From the NCBI GenBank assembly GCA_963682135.1, contig OY821645.1, positions 2,176,001 through 2,240,000 on the forward strand: a stretch of DNA of 64,000 nt, given 5' to 3'. Positions 20,049-30,960 of the stretch are shown in pieces (position 1 is the stretch's first letter; every line of letters starts with the position of its first letter). This DNA comes from Methanothrix sp. Lineage in GTDB: Archaea; Halobacteriota; Methanosarcinia; Methanotrichales; Methanotrichaceae. The notes beneath the pieces are model-generated. The model was not told where the DNA came from. It made no database searches and saw nothing but the letters and a program-made list of their open reading frames with translations. The position numbers and the translations under genes were made by a program.

Positions 20049-20103
20049 TGAAAAGCTTTTCCTTATGCGGATTTCATAAAAGTTATGAATCTTTCATAAA
20101 AAT
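20049..20103. promoter_or_regulatory. Candidate operators upstream of the glutamate synthase-like gene
   Basis: TGAA-N6-TTCC (one mismatch from the NrpR GGAA-N6-TTCC box) and a perfect inverted repeat TTCATAA-AAG-TTATGAA. Confidence 0.4.
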
Positions 20104-20299
20104 CTATTTATATTCGGATTGAATAATGAGCATTATGATAAGATCATAATAGTTAAGAAAACTGCATTTCATATGGTAAAAAGAATGAATTGGGCAAAAT
20201 GAAGCCTCATAATGGTATACTTAGCTAACAGTATGTTTCTTTTTGTGCCAAATCATCAAATCGCAAATTGTTAATATTACAAATGTGAAAATATAAAAG

Positions 20300-21916
20300 G
20301 TGGCACTGATGAATCTGAGAAGGCCGAACGCCAATGAAGCAACGGGGACATTCAATCGTTCTAGAGATGTCGTCCCCATGTCTGGAATTTGTACTAGATG
20401 TATTGATGGATGCAAAGGTGGTTGCGAGACCTGGCTTGCTTCCTTCCGAGGAAGAGAGGTGCTCTACCCGGGCCCATTTGGAGAGATGACGGCAGGAGCC
20501 GATAAGAACTACCCACTTGACTATTCTCATCTCAACATTCAGGGTTATGCGGTTGGCGCACACGGTCTGCCGGAGGGAGTCGAACCGGGACCGGACACAT
20601 CGATCTTTCCTAATGTGGATGTCACTACAGAATACGGCTGGTCAAAGAAGGTGAGGATGAAGCTGCCCATCTTTACAGGCGCTCTGGGGTCCACAGAAAT
20701 TGCCAGGAAAAACTGGGAGCATTTTGCAGTAGGTGCCGCCATATCAGGCATTACACTCGTCTGCGGCGAGAACGTCTGCGGAGTAGACCCAGAGCTGGTT
20801 TTGGATGGAAAAGGCAAGGTGGCGAAGTCTCCCGAGATGGATCGCAGGATTGAGACTTACAAGAAATTCCATGAGGGCTTCGGCGAAATACTTGTCCAGA
20901 TGAACGTGGAAGACACTCGCCTGGGTGTTGCCGAATATGTCTCAAGCCGGCACAATCTGGAAACCATTGAGCTGAAGTGGGGCCAGGGTGCCAAATGTAT
21001 TGGCGGCGAGATAAAGGTGGGCACCCTGGAGAGAGCACAAGAGCTAAAGAACAGGGGCTATGTGGTGCAGCCGGATCCCGGCAATCTGGAAGTACAGATG
21101 GCCTACAAAACAGGAGCCATAAAAGAGTTCGAGAGACATTCTCGACTGGGATTTGTATCCAGGGACGGATTCTTCGAGGAGGTGAGCAGGTTGCGGGATT
21201 TAGGCTTCAAGCGCATCACCCTCAAGACAGGAGCTTACAGCATGGCCGAGTTGGCCATGGCCATACGCTACGGTGCTGAGGCCAAGATCGATCTGCTAAC
21301 CATCGACGGCGCTCCAGGAGGGACCGGCATGAGTCCCTGGCCCATGATGAACGAATGGGGCATTCCCACCTTCTACCTGCAGTCTCTGGCCTATGAGTTC
21401 TGCAGCAAGCTCTCTCGAAGAGGCATGAAGATACCGGATATTGCCATGGCCGGAGGATTTTCCTCAGAGGACGGGGTATTCAAGGCCATTGCTATGGGAG
21501 CACCCTTTGTCAAAGCGGTCTGTATGGGCAGAGCCCTCATGATCCCGGGAATGGTAGGAAAGAATATCGGTAGCTGGTTGGAGAAGGGCGATCTGCCCAA
21601 GAGCGTCTCAAAGTACGGCAGCCAGGCAGAAGAGATCTTTGTCTCCTTAGAAGATCTCAAGAGCAAATATGGCCAGGAAATTAAGCAGATTCCATGGGGC
21701 GCTATCGGTCTGTATACCTATTGTCAGAAGTTCAAGACGGGAATACAGCAACTAATGGCAGGATCTCGCAACTTCAAATTGAGCACAATTTCCAGAAAGG
21801 ATCTCATGGCCCTCTCAGAAGAGGCTGCTTACGTATCAGGCATACCCTACGTCATGGATGCCTACCGCGATGAAGCGGAAGAGATTCTGGACGCCTGGAT
21901 CACAATAAGCGAGTAG
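20300..21916 (+). CDS. FMN-binding glutamate synthase family protein
   Basis: IELKWGQGAK.IGGE, LTIDGAPGGTG, MAGG, MGRA. Confidence 0.9.
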   Translation: MALMNLRRPNANEATGTFNRSRDVVPMSGICTRCIDGCKGGCETWLASFRGREVLYPGPFGEMTAGADKNYPLDYSHLNIQGYAVGAHGLPEGVEPGPDTSIFPNVDVTTEYGWSKKVRMKLPIFTGALGSTEIARKNWEHFAVGAAISGITLVCGENVCGVDPELVLDGKGKVAKSPEMDRRIETYKKFHEGFGEILVQMNVEDTRLGVAEYVSSRHNLETIELKWGQGAKCIGGEIKVGTLERAQELKNRGYVVQPDPGNLEVQMAYKTGAIKEFERHSRLGFVSRDGFFEEVSRLRDLGFKRITLKTGAYSMAELAMAIRYGAEAKIDLLTIDGAPGGTGMSPWPMMNEWGIPTFYLQSLAYEFCSKLSRRGMKIPDIAMAGGFSSEDGVFKAIAMGAPFVKAVCMGRALMIPGMVGKNIGSWLEKGDLPKSVSKYGSQAEEIFVSLEDLKSKYGQEIKQIPWGAIGLYTYCQKFKTGIQQLMAGSRNFKLSTISRKDLMALSEEAAYVSGIPYVMDAYRDEAEEILDAWITISE

Positions 21917-21942
21917 CGGCGTCAACAGGAGTAGTCAATCGG

Positions 21943-21980
21943 GCATGGCAATGGAGTTAGTGCCATGCAGCATTTTTTTT
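21943..21980 (+). terminator. Hairpin plus oligo-T terminator
   Basis: GCATGGCA-N10-TGCCATGC followed by a T-run, just after the stop codon. Confidence 0.6.
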
Positions 21981-22308
21981 GGTCGCACAATTCTATTCAG
22001 ATTTTTACCTTTGCGAAGCTGCCTTTCAAGAATTATCCCCGAAGACTATGCAGCATAAAGTTATTCATTAAGTTTTTTTATGAACTTTTATGAATTCGCA
22101 CTCTGAGGACAATATTTAAATTCAATGAAGTTATAGGGAGTATATGGCTCTCAGTAAATTTATCGATCGTAAAAGTTTAAATATGCCGACACTGCATTTC
22201 CGGCCCTCTTTGTCATTTATAAATTTAACTCAGAATTGTTATATAGCTAAGGGTGGACCATTGCCACCACCAGTCAAACATAAAGATTTGGGTAGATGCT
22301 AAACGGAG

Positions 22309-23565
22309 ATGCAAAGAATGTCCAAACCGAATCCATTTGAGATATCCCAGAAACAACTTGCTGATTGTGCTAAGATTCTGAACCTGGATGCAGGAGTGCA
22401 TGAGTTTCTCAAGCACCCCATGCGAGAATTCCATGTATCTATCCCGGTACGCATGGACAACGGAAGCATGAAGATCTTTCAGGGTTTTAGAGTTCAATAT
22501 AACGATGCTCTGGGCCCTTGCAAGGGCGGCATTCGATTCCACCCAGAAGAGACGGTAGATACAGTACGAGCCCTCTCTGCCTGGATGACCTGGAAGACTT
22601 CTCTTCTCGGCCTGCCCTTGGGAGGAGGCAAAGGTGGTGTCATCTGCAACCCCAAGGAATTGTCCATGGGCGAACAGGAGCGCCTCTGCCGAGGATACAT
22701 AGACGCGCTCTGGCAGAACATTGGCCCTGAAAAGGACGTTCCCGCACCCGACGTATACACCACGCCCCAGATGATGGCCTGGATGATGGATCAGTACTCC
22801 AAATACGTCGGATCAAACTCTTTTGGATTCATCACCGGCAAGCCGTTGTGCATAGGCGGCTCCTGCGGCAGAGGCGATGCCACTGCCCGAGGCGGCATGT
22901 ATGCTCTGCGAGAAGCAGCCAAGGAATTAAACATTGACCTGGCAAAGGCCACTGTAGCTATCCAGGGCTACGGCAACGCCGGCAGCTATGCTCACAGCTT
23001 GGCCAAGGAGCTCTTTGGAAGCAAGGTAGTTGCCGTCAGCGACTCCAAGGGCGGAGTATTCAATGCAGCCGGCATCGATGCCGATGAGGCGGCCCGCGTC
23101 AAGGCCCAGACCACAACCGTGGCCAATATTCCCAATTCCAAGAAGATCAGCAATGAAGAGCTTTTAGAGCTGGACGTGGACATTCTCTTCGCTGCCGCTT
23201 TGGAGAACGTCATAACCAAAGATAACGCAGGAAAGATCAAGGCCAAGGTCATTGTGGAGCTGGCCAATGGCCCCACCACACCGGAAGCTGACACCATACT
23301 CTTCCAAAACAAGGTACATGTCATTCCCGACTTCCTGGCCAATGCAGGTGGCGTAACAGTCTCCTATTTCGAGATGGTGCAAAATATCATGCGCTACTGC
23401 TGGTCCTTCGATGAGGTCTATCAGAAGCTCGATGAAAGGATGACCATGGCCTACCAGGGCGTCCTTGCAGCCTCCAAGAAGTACAATATTAACATGCGCC
23501 AGGCAGCCTATACCGTAGCAGTGTCAAGGGTTGTCGAAGCCATGAAAATACGCGGCTGGGTGTAA
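22309..23565 (+). CDS. gdhA: Glutamate dehydrogenase
   Basis: GPCKGGIRFHP, GGGKGG, DVPAPD, IQGYGNAG, ANGP, ANAGGV. Confidence 0.97.
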   Translation: MQRMSKPNPFEISQKQLADCAKILNLDAGVHEFLKHPMREFHVSIPVRMDNGSMKIFQGFRVQYNDALGPCKGGIRFHPEETVDTVRALSAWMTWKTSLLGLPLGGGKGGVICNPKELSMGEQERLCRGYIDALWQNIGPEKDVPAPDVYTTPQMMAWMMDQYSKYVGSNSFGFITGKPLCIGGSCGRGDATARGGMYALREAAKELNIDLAKATVAIQGYGNAGSYAHSLAKELFGSKVVAVSDSKGGVFNAAGIDADEAARVKAQTTTVANIPNSKKISNEELLELDVDILFAAALENVITKDNAGKIKAKVIVELANGPTTPEADTILFQNKVHVIPDFLANAGGVTVSYFEMVQNIMRYCWSFDEVYQKLDERMTMAYQGVLAASKKYNINMRQAAYTVAVSRVVEAMKIRGWV

Positions 23566-24880
23566 AGAAAGCGAGACCTAGATCACAATTAGTTCAAAAC
23601 CACCAGCAGAGGTTCTTTGCGTCCCACCAGGGCGGCAAACCATAATAGGGGTGCAAAGACTTCTTATTTTTCTATGAGTATTATAGTAATAACCATTATA
23701 TATAATTGTCTGCAAAATAAATTAAATTTTTAGAATGGCCTCAAACTCGCACCTTCTCCTGCATCTCTTCCACTGCATCTAATGGCCGATGTGCTGCCAC
23801 ATTGGCGCTTTCCGGGCACAGATACATCTCATATGGCCTCCAGAGCGGCTCTTTGCAGGTCATTCTCTCTTCCACCCCTTCTTCAGGGAGGATCTGATCC
23901 CAGGGCTTCATGCACAGTGCGGCTGCGCCTGTCCTCGTCGCAACCTTTGCGGCCGGCATATACCTCTCCCAGGTTGTCCAGTTTCTAGCTCTCATTCACC
24001 TGTCACCGTATTCTATCTTCGTTCGATCCTATTTAACCATTTTTAAGAATCTTTCATAATTATTCATATCATATCGCGTATGAAAATCTTTTAGATTAAT
24101 AACATAAAACGTGTAGTTCCCTGTTGAATGGTGACCTGAAACGGCATGCCATGACCTTTCGGCAAGATCCGCATCTGTAACATCGATTATAGCATGCTTG
24201 CATCTAGTCAGTTCAATTAACATGGATTGGCTTCGCCTTCATCGCCCTGGCCTTCCGGCGGGCTTGTGCGGAATCCATCTTCCCGGCACCCCTCAGGTGC
24301 ACATTGCGCGTCCTGCCGCCCTCGCGCCAGGAGGCCATCGAGAAATTTGCCTAGTATGCGATGAGCAGCAAATTGCCTGTGCCTTTACCAGTTTTACAGC
24401 GGGAGAAATTTACAAAGGCTACAGCGCAAGGCATGATTCTGTGTACCTGTATTTTGAGAAGAAAAACATCATCAAGCTTGCCGAAATGTCTGATGTGCCG
24501 ACCCACGGAGAAATCGCTGTGCGAATGTATACTCCGGATCGTGATGTGTTCAATGATCACAGGACATTCTCGGTCGAGGGCATTTAGCTTGCCTCACAGT
24601 CAAAGGTCCTGCTTGATTGTGCTGGCCAGGGATATGCTGGCCGCGACCTCACAAAAAAACTGGTGGAAATCTATGGCCAATTATAAGCCGATTAAAAAGC
24701 ACCAAAAAAACGATGCAGAAACCTAAACCCGATTAGAGACATCAAAGAATGTATGGGAGAGCCTTCAAGATTTATCGAACCTGCATGATTTGAGGCCTCT
24801 CGGAGGCTCATATATATTAAAAGCATTTTTAAATATTTAAATTTAATTAAATCTGCATTGCCCCATTATTGAGGAAGGAT

Positions 24881-25114
24881 ATGGATCAAAGAATAACCAT
24901 TTACATGGTGAACTGCGCGCCGGAGGTTTTGAGTATGCATGATGCCGCTGCAATGCTGTAGGCCCCGTTCGCCGTCAGCGCCCACTGGGACGTGGGCCAT
25001 GCCCTGGTGTGCGAGCTGCTGATCGATAAAGGTTGAATCGCGGCCCTGGCCTCGCTAAATCGCGATGATATCATTATCCATATCAACCACGAAACTGGAA
25101 GCCCGAAAGAATAG
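24881..25114 (+). pseudogene. Decayed small ORF with two internal stops
   Basis: GAGGAAGG RBS and ATG, 78-codon frame interrupted by TAG (24959) and TGA (25034). Confidence 0.4.
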
Positions 25115-25146
25115 TATAAATATTTAGAGTGGAATATAACACTACT

Positions 25147-25569
25147 ATGAGTGAAGCCCTGGACGGAATCAAAAATCAAGCCGGACCCTGTGGCATTGTC
25201 TGCAGTTCATGTCCCCTGGGAAGCGGAGCAGTTGCCGAGAGCGCAGGCAGAACGAAAAAGAACATTGCGGACTACAAGATTGCCATGTGGTCTCCATTTG
25301 TAGCGGGCGGAGAGGTCATCGACTGGGCTGCCGTGGATAGGGGCCTGGACTGGATGGAAAAGTACGCCGTTTGTGCCGGATGCGGGAATGGCGGTGGCCC
25401 GCCCGATTGTACTATCAGGATCTGTGCCCGGGATAGAGGGTACGAGCTATGCAGTTCCTGCCCGGATCTGGACTCCTGCACCAAGTTCGAATGGCTGGAG
25501 GGACACGGATCACAACTCAAAGAGAAGCTGAAGGAGAATAGCGGCTCATCCAAAGGGAATATATCATGA
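25147..25569 (+). CDS. DUF3795-like Cys-rich protein
   Basis: PCGIVCSSCP...CAGC...CTIRICA..RGYELCSSC..C pattern. Confidence 0.8.
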   Translation: MSEALDGIKNQAGPCGIVCSSCPLGSGAVAESAGRTKKNIADYKIAMWSPFVAGGEVIDWAAVDRGLDWMEKYAVCAGCGNGGGPPDCTIRICARDRGYELCSSCPDLDSCTKFEWLEGHGSQLKEKLKENSGSSKGNIS

Positions 25570-25624
25570 AAATGATGAACCAGATGCCCTGGGAGGCTTG
25601 AAGGCATTTTAAGCGCGATCGTTT

Positions 25625-26062
25625 TTATTGTCGGTCGCGTCCGGAGTAGACTGACGCCATAAAGAAGACCAGCCCCCCAATCGCCAGCAGCCCGATAAAG
25701 ATAGGTGCATATGGATATTTGTTTTTCGAAGCTGATGAGTCGGTCTGGTTGGACGATAATTGCGATTTCTCCTCCGGCACAGTCACCTCTTTTTCTATCG
25801 GCAGGGACATATTTTCCGGAATGGCGGATGCGCCTACTACTATCGTATCGAGCGGGACCTGCTCTTCCCTGTATTCCCCAGGCTTTGCATATTCATATCT
25901 TATATTTTCGTCCACCCGTTCCTTGCTGATGAAGTGTATGCCGTCCCTGGTGTACGCCGTCTTTGTCTCCTGAGCGGAGCCTGCAGTTGCCATCAAGGTG
26001 AAAAGAACAAATAGGCTGATGAAAAGGACGAAAACTGCTCTATATTTATGATGCTTGCTCAT
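25625..26062 (-). CDS. Hypothetical membrane-anchored exported protein
   Basis: N-terminal signal helix and C-terminal TM helix. Confidence 0.6.
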   Translation of the reverse strand: MSKHHKYRAVFVLFISLFVLFTLMATAGSAQETKTAYTRDGIHFISKERVDENIRYEYAKPGEYREEQVPLDTIVVGASAIPENMSLPIEKEVTVPEEKSQLSSNQTDSSASKNKYPYAPIFIGLLAIGGLVFFMASVYSGRDRQ

Positions 26063-26121
26063 GGTAGAACACCTAGAAAAGGATTGATCGGGCCCCATTT
26101 TCGGGCCCTTTTCCTAAATAT

Positions 26122-27357
26122 TCAAATGTACTGTTGCACCAGCCCCTCGGGCTCACTCACATGGTTTCTCTCTTTGTGCAGTATCTTTATCGCTGCGCCC
26201 TCAAAGTCGCTCTGGTATATTATTGTCCTCTCTTCGCGAATGGCATACATGCCTGCCTCAGTGGACAGCGATTTTAAATCCGCACCACTCGAGCCCTCCG
26301 CCATATCAGAGATCAGCTTGAGGTTCACATCTTCATCCAAATTCATTCCTGAGGTATGGATCTTCAAAATGGCCTCACGTGCCTCCCGGCTGGGCATGGG
26401 TATCTCGATAATACGGTCGAACCGACCCGGTCGCAGCAAGGCCGGATCTAGCATGTCCAGGCGATTGGTGGCGGCAACGAGCTTGACCTCGCCTCGCGCA
26501 TCAAATCCGTCCATCTCCGCCAGGATCTGCATGAGTGTTCTCTGCACCTCACGGTCTCCGCTGGTGGCCCCATCCATGCGCCGCGCACCGATAGCATCCA
26601 GTTCATCTATGAAGATGATGGCAGGAGACTTGCTCTTGGCCAGCTCGAAGAGCTCACGCACCAGGCGCGCGCCTTCTCCGATGTACTTTTGCACGAACTC
26701 AGAGCCTACCACACGAAGAAATGTGGCATCGGTACTCTGGGCAACCGCCTTGGCTAAAATGGTCTTGCCGGTTCCCGGAGGCCCATGCAATAAGACGCCC
26801 TTGGGCGGCTCGATGCCTACAGCCGTGAAAAGGTCCGGACGCTTGAGGGGCAGCTCCACAATCTCTCTGATCTCGGAGATCTGAGTATCCAGGCCACCGA
26901 TTTGCGAGAACCGCACATCCGGAGCTTCCTCAATCTCCATGCCAAAGACCGCCGGGTCACGGGGGGAGGGCAGCACGCACATCACAGCAAAAGACTGCTG
27001 ATTCAAGCCGACCTGCGCGCCGGTCTTGATCTCCTCCTCGATGAACTGGGAGAGGCTGACCACGAACCTGGGGCCGGTGCTGCTCTTGACGATGACCCGG
27101 TTCTCGTCCAGGACATCTACAATAGTACCCACGATCATGGGACCTACGCGCAGACGCTCCAGCTCGCTTCTCAATTTGCGGGCTTCTCGCTCGAACTTGA
27201 GCTTCTGGTTCTCAATCAGCCGCTTTTCGCCTTCTACGCGGTCCTTCTGCTCTCGCAGCGCCAGATTGCGCTCTTCAAGCTGGCGCATGCGGTCCAGGAT
27301 GTAGCGCGAAAAGTCCGCGCCGGCCTGTGACTCATTCATGCCTTCTCCACTATCCAT
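26122..27357 (-). CDS. pan: Proteasome-activating nucleotidase
   Basis: N-terminal coiled coil, [15 protein letters not shown] ([12 protein letters not shown]), C-terminal QYI (HbYX-like). Start at 27357 or 27339. Confidence 0.96.
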   Translation of the reverse strand: MDSGEGMNESQAGADFSRYILDRMRQLEERNLALREQKDRVEGEKRLIENQKLKFEREARKLRSELERLRVGPMIVGTIVDVLDENRVIVKSSTGPRFVVSLSQFIEEEIKTGAQVGLNQQSFAVMCVLPSPRDPAVFGMEIEEAPDVRFSQIGGLDTQISEIREIVELPLKRPDLFTAVGIEPPKGVLLHGPPGTGKTILAKAVAQSTDATFLRVVGSEFVQKYIGEGARLVRELFELAKSKSPAIIFIDELDAIGARRMDGATSGDREVQRTLMQILAEMDGFDARGEVKLVAATNRLDMLDPALLRPGRFDRIIEIPMPSREAREAILKIHTSGMNLDEDVNLKLISDMAEGSSGADLKSLSTEAGMYAIREERTIIYQSDFEGAAIKILHKERNHVSEPEGLVQQYI

Positions 27358-27402
27358 AATTACAAAGATTATTAAACTCCGACCCCTATAAAGGTTTCCG
27401 AA

Positions 27403-27900
27403 ATGACAGAGAAGCAATGCGAGATTTGCGGCGCAGAGATCTCGGGAGCACCCCAAAAGATCGTGATCGACCGCTCAACGATGGAGGTATGTAAGAGCTG
27501 TGCGCGCTTTGGAAAACCGGAAGACAAATGGTCTTTGGTTCCCAAGAAGATGGTTCCTGCGGAGAGGGCCTTCACCGTAAGTCGGCCCAAACCACGCGAC
27601 CATTTCAAGGACTTGGCAGAGCTGGTCCCGGATTTCGGGCGCAAGATAAGGGAGGCACGGGAGGGACTGGGCCTCTCTCCAGAAGAGCTGGGAGGGCGTA
27701 TCAAAGAGAAGGCTACTCTATTAAAGAAGATCGAGCGAGAGGAGATCTCTCCAGAGGATGGAATTAGGAAAAAGCTCGAGAAGGAGCTGAAGATCCAACT
27801 ATCAGATCAAGCGAGCGAGACTCGTGTCAAGTCCGGCAGCTCCGGCCGTGGATTGACTTTAGGTGATATTGCCAGCATCAAACGGAAAACTGAGAAATGA
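27403..27900 (+). CDS. mbf1: Archaeal multiprotein bridging factor aMBF1
   Basis: CEICG...VC.SC Zn ribbon, HTH, TLGD motif; divergent from pan. Confidence 0.93.
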   Translation: MTEKQCEICGAEISGAPQKIVIDRSTMEVCKSCARFGKPEDKWSLVPKKMVPAERAFTVSRPKPRDHFKDLAELVPDFGRKIREAREGLGLSPEELGGRIKEKATLLKKIEREEISPEDGIRKKLEKELKIQLSDQASETRVKSGSSGRGLTLGDIASIKRKTEK

Positions 27901-28469
27901 TCGCCAGTGCAGCTCGCTATGTAATTGGTGGCGGTGTCATAGTATACCCTACCGAGACCGTTTACGGCCTGGGCGCCAATGCTCTTGATGAGCAAGCGGT
28001 GATGAGGGTTTTTCAGATTAAGAAAAGGCCCCTCTCCAAGCCCATCTTCTTGGCGGTATCCAACTTTGACATGCTGATGAACGTTGCAGAGGTGAGCCGA
28101 GATGATCTGGACCTTCTCGAGCAGCTCTTGCCTGGGCCGGTTTCCGTTCTGGTCAAGAAAAAGCCTATAGTGCCGGATATACTCACCGCCGGCTCGCCAA
28201 TGCTGGGCATCAGATACCCGGATCATGAGACCGCTTTAAGGATCATCGATCTGGCCGGACCCATCACATCCACCAGCGCCAACCGTACAGGCGCCCTGCC
28301 ACCCACGAGCGCAGCCTCCGTCTCCCCGGATATCCGAGATCGAGTGGACAGCGTTGTGGACGGAGGAAAATGCAAATACGGGCAACCCTCAACTCTGCTG
28401 GATCTGCAGAAACGAGAGATCATTCGGCCTGGCGCGGGACTCGATAAGGTAATGAAGGCGATATCGTGA
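27897..28469 (+). CDS. tsaC: L-threonylcarbamoyladenylate synthase (YrdC/Sua5)
   Basis: YPTETVYGLG, K.RP..KP, PGP, TSTSAN, PST. Confidence 0.93.
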   Translation: MIASAARYVIGGGVIVYPTETVYGLGANALDEQAVMRVFQIKKRPLSKPIFLAVSNFDMLMNVAEVSRDDLDLLEQLLPGPVSVLVKKKPIVPDILTAGSPMLGIRYPDHETALRIIDLAGPITSTSANRTGALPPTSAASVSPDIRDRVDSVVDGGKCKYGQPSTLLDLQKREIIRPGAGLDKVMKAIS

Positions 28470-29386
28470 AGGCCAGGATCAGAGACTTCTTTCTGACCAA
28501 AGAAGGATGGATCTTCGCTGTGGCAGACTACAGCCACCCCAATGGTCTTCGCTCAATGCTCCGCTATGTTCCCGATGCCGCAGGAGAGCGCGAGGCCGAT
28601 GGCAAGCGCTACCGCAAGATGGATTTCGATCCGGCCTATGAATTTCTCAGGCGAGAGCGACCGGATTGGGCCCAGGACCTGCATGTGGTTCCCCTATCGC
28701 AGGTGCAGAGAATTTACCCGCCGTCCGAGGGCCTTTTATCCGTAGCGAAAAAAGACCCAAGAGTTCGAAAGATTGCCGTCCTGCTAGCAGATGCAGGTGT
28801 GCCATGGGAGCAGATGGGCATCACCGGGTCTATGCTGGTAGGTCTTGACAGTCCCAGCTCAGATATCGATTTTGTGGTTTATGGCCCTCTTTGGTGGAAA
28901 GCCAGGGATATCGTGGCCCGGGCCAAGGCGAAAGGAATAATTGACGATCTTGACGAGCCCACCTGGAGGAAGATTTACACCAAGCGAAAGCCGGAGATCA
29001 GTTTCGAGGACTTCATGCGGCATGAGAAGCGCAAAGGAAATCGGGGCATGATTCAAGGCACCTATTTTGACCTTCTCTTCACTCGCGAATGGGACCAGAT
29101 ACAAGCGCAGTCTGCCGGCAGACCGGCTGGAGAAGGACTGATAGAAGCTCGAGTAACTAATGCCGATTTTGCCTTTGATAGTCCTGCCATCTTCCATCTG
29201 GATCACCCTGAGGTAAAAGAGATATTCTGCTATTCGCATACCTATGCCGGCCAGGCGCTGGCCGGCGAGACAATTGAGGCTAAAGGCGTGCTGGAAGAGA
29301 CCGCTCAGGGTCTAAGGCTGGTAGTAGGAACCACACGCGAGGCTCGCGGTGAATGGATCAGATCATTAACCTTGCTGGAAAGATAA
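28466..29386 (+). CDS. Predicted nucleotidyltransferase (COG1665-like)
   Basis: GITGS.L.G....SDIDFVVYG pol-beta NTase motif. Confidence 0.85.
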   Translation: MKARIRDFFLTKEGWIFAVADYSHPNGLRSMLRYVPDAAGEREADGKRYRKMDFDPAYEFLRRERPDWAQDLHVVPLSQVQRIYPPSEGLLSVAKKDPRVRKIAVLLADAGVPWEQMGITGSMLVGLDSPSSDIDFVVYGPLWWKARDIVARAKAKGIIDDLDEPTWRKIYTKRKPEISFEDFMRHEKRKGNRGMIQGTYFDLLFTREWDQIQAQSAGRPAGEGLIEARVTNADFAFDSPAIFHLDHPEVKEIFCYSHTYAGQALAGETIEAKGVLEETAQGLRLVVGTTREARGEWIRSLTLLER

Positions 29387-29421
29387 ATCAAGAATCTCAG
29401 TCATAATAAGAGGTCTTTTAC

Positions 29422-30936
29422 ATGTTGCAGGTTCGTCCCATTGATATCGAGATTGGTCAGCACAAAGTCATGCTCAACATAGCGGATGCCAGAGAGAGAG
29501 GTCTTAACCCCGGTGACCGGGTAAGGGTTAGAACAAAGGGTGCCTCGACCACCGCCATACTCGACACCACTCTGGAGATGGTCAAGGCTGGTGAAATAGG
29601 CATATTCACAGAGGCTCTAAAAGACCTGAAGAATCCCATAAATGTAGATGTTCTACCTGCACCCAAGCCCGCCTCTCTCTGCTATATAAAAAGCATAATG
29701 GATAAGAAAAAGCTCACCGAGGAGCAGATCCGGACCATCGTACAGGATATTGTGGATAATAACCTCAGTGAGATTGAGCTTTCTGCATACGTCACTGCCT
29801 CCTATATTCATAATATGGATTCGGAGGAGGTGTATTATTTGACCAAGGCCATGATCGATACAGGTGAGCGAATTCACTTCGACACCCATCCCGTCATGGA
29901 CAAGCATAGCATTGGAGGCGTTCCCGGCAATAAGGTCTCTTTGCTGGTGGTGCCGATAGTCGCGGCTGCCGGACTTCTTATTCCCAAGACCAGTTCTCGT
30001 GCCATTACCGGCGCTGGCGGAACCGCGGACCTCATGGAAATACTGGCACCCGTGGAGTTCAATGCCGAAGAGATCAAAGAACTCACTGAGAAGGTGGGCG
30101 GGGTCATCGTCTGGGGTGGAGCTACCAACATTGCTCCCGCCGACGACAAGCTGATTAAGGCTGAGTACGCGCTCTCCGTCGATCCCTATAGCCAGATGCT
30201 TGCCTCCATCATGGCCAAGAAAGGAGCTGTAGGCGCAGATGCCGTTGTGGTGGACATGCCGGTGGGTCCCGGTACAAAGCTAGCCACTTCCGAATCGGGT
30301 CGAACTTTAGCTAAAGACCTCATCGATCTGGGGGGACGCCTGGGCATTCGTGTGGAATGCGCCATGACCTTCGGCGGTTCGCCGGTAGGCCGAACCATTG
30401 GTCCGGCCGTTGAGGTACGTGAAGCCCTCAGTGTCTTGGAGAATAAAGAGGGCCCGAATAGCCTGAAGGAAAAGAGCCTCTCACTGGCTGGCATTCTGCT
30501 GGAGATGGGAGGTGTCGCCGGGCGCGGTGACGGCTACAAAGCAGCCGAGGATATTCTCACCAGCGGAAAAGCCCATAAAAAGCTCATGGAAATCATCGAG
30601 GCTCAGGGCGGCAACCCCCAGGTGAAGAGCGAAGAGATTGCAATTGGAGATAACTGTGAGGATATTCTAGCTCCAGCAGGAGGCTACATCGTGGCCTTCT
30701 ACAATAAACGGCTGGTGGAGCTGGCTCGCATGGCCGGCGCTCCCGCGGACAAGAAAGCAGGAGTTATCATCCACAGGAAGATGGGCGAGAGAGTAAAGAA
30801 GGGAGAGCCTTTGATCACCATCTGCTCCTCTTCAGATTGGCAGCTGGAGAGCGCTGTTAAGGATGCCAATAGGCAGATGCCAATCGTTGTCGAGGGAATG
30901 CTGCTGGAGAGATACCCCAGGATCACCGAGCTATAG
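29422..30936 (+). CDS. AMP phosphorylase
   Basis: DKHSIGGVPGNK, PKTSSRAIT, GTAD, plus the archaeal N-terminal double-psi-barrel extension. Confidence 0.95.
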   Translation: MLQVRPIDIEIGQHKVMLNIADARERGLNPGDRVRVRTKGASTTAILDTTLEMVKAGEIGIFTEALKDLKNPINVDVLPAPKPASLCYIKSIMDKKKLTEEQIRTIVQDIVDNNLSEIELSAYVTASYIHNMDSEEVYYLTKAMIDTGERIHFDTHPVMDKHSIGGVPGNKVSLLVVPIVAAAGLLIPKTSSRAITGAGGTADLMEILAPVEFNAEEIKELTEKVGGVIVWGGATNIAPADDKLIKAEYALSVDPYSQMLASIMAKKGAVGADAVVVDMPVGPGTKLATSESGRTLAKDLIDLGGRLGIRVECAMTFGGSPVGRTIGPAVEVREALSVLENKEGPNSLKEKSLSLAGILLEMGGVAGRGDGYKAAEDILTSGKAHKKLMEIIEAQGGNPQVKSEEIAIGDNCEDILAPAGGYIVAFYNKRLVELARMAGAPADKKAGVIIHRKMGERVKKGEPLITICSSSDWQLESAVKDANRQMPIVVEGMLLERYPRITEL

Positions 30937-30960
30937 AAATGGCGTTAGAGGGCATAAAAA

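Noticed and set aside
24881-25114. Pyrrolysine or selenocysteine read-through
   Set aside because: Two different stops in a short unrecognised frame, with no supporting motif; decay is the simpler explanation.
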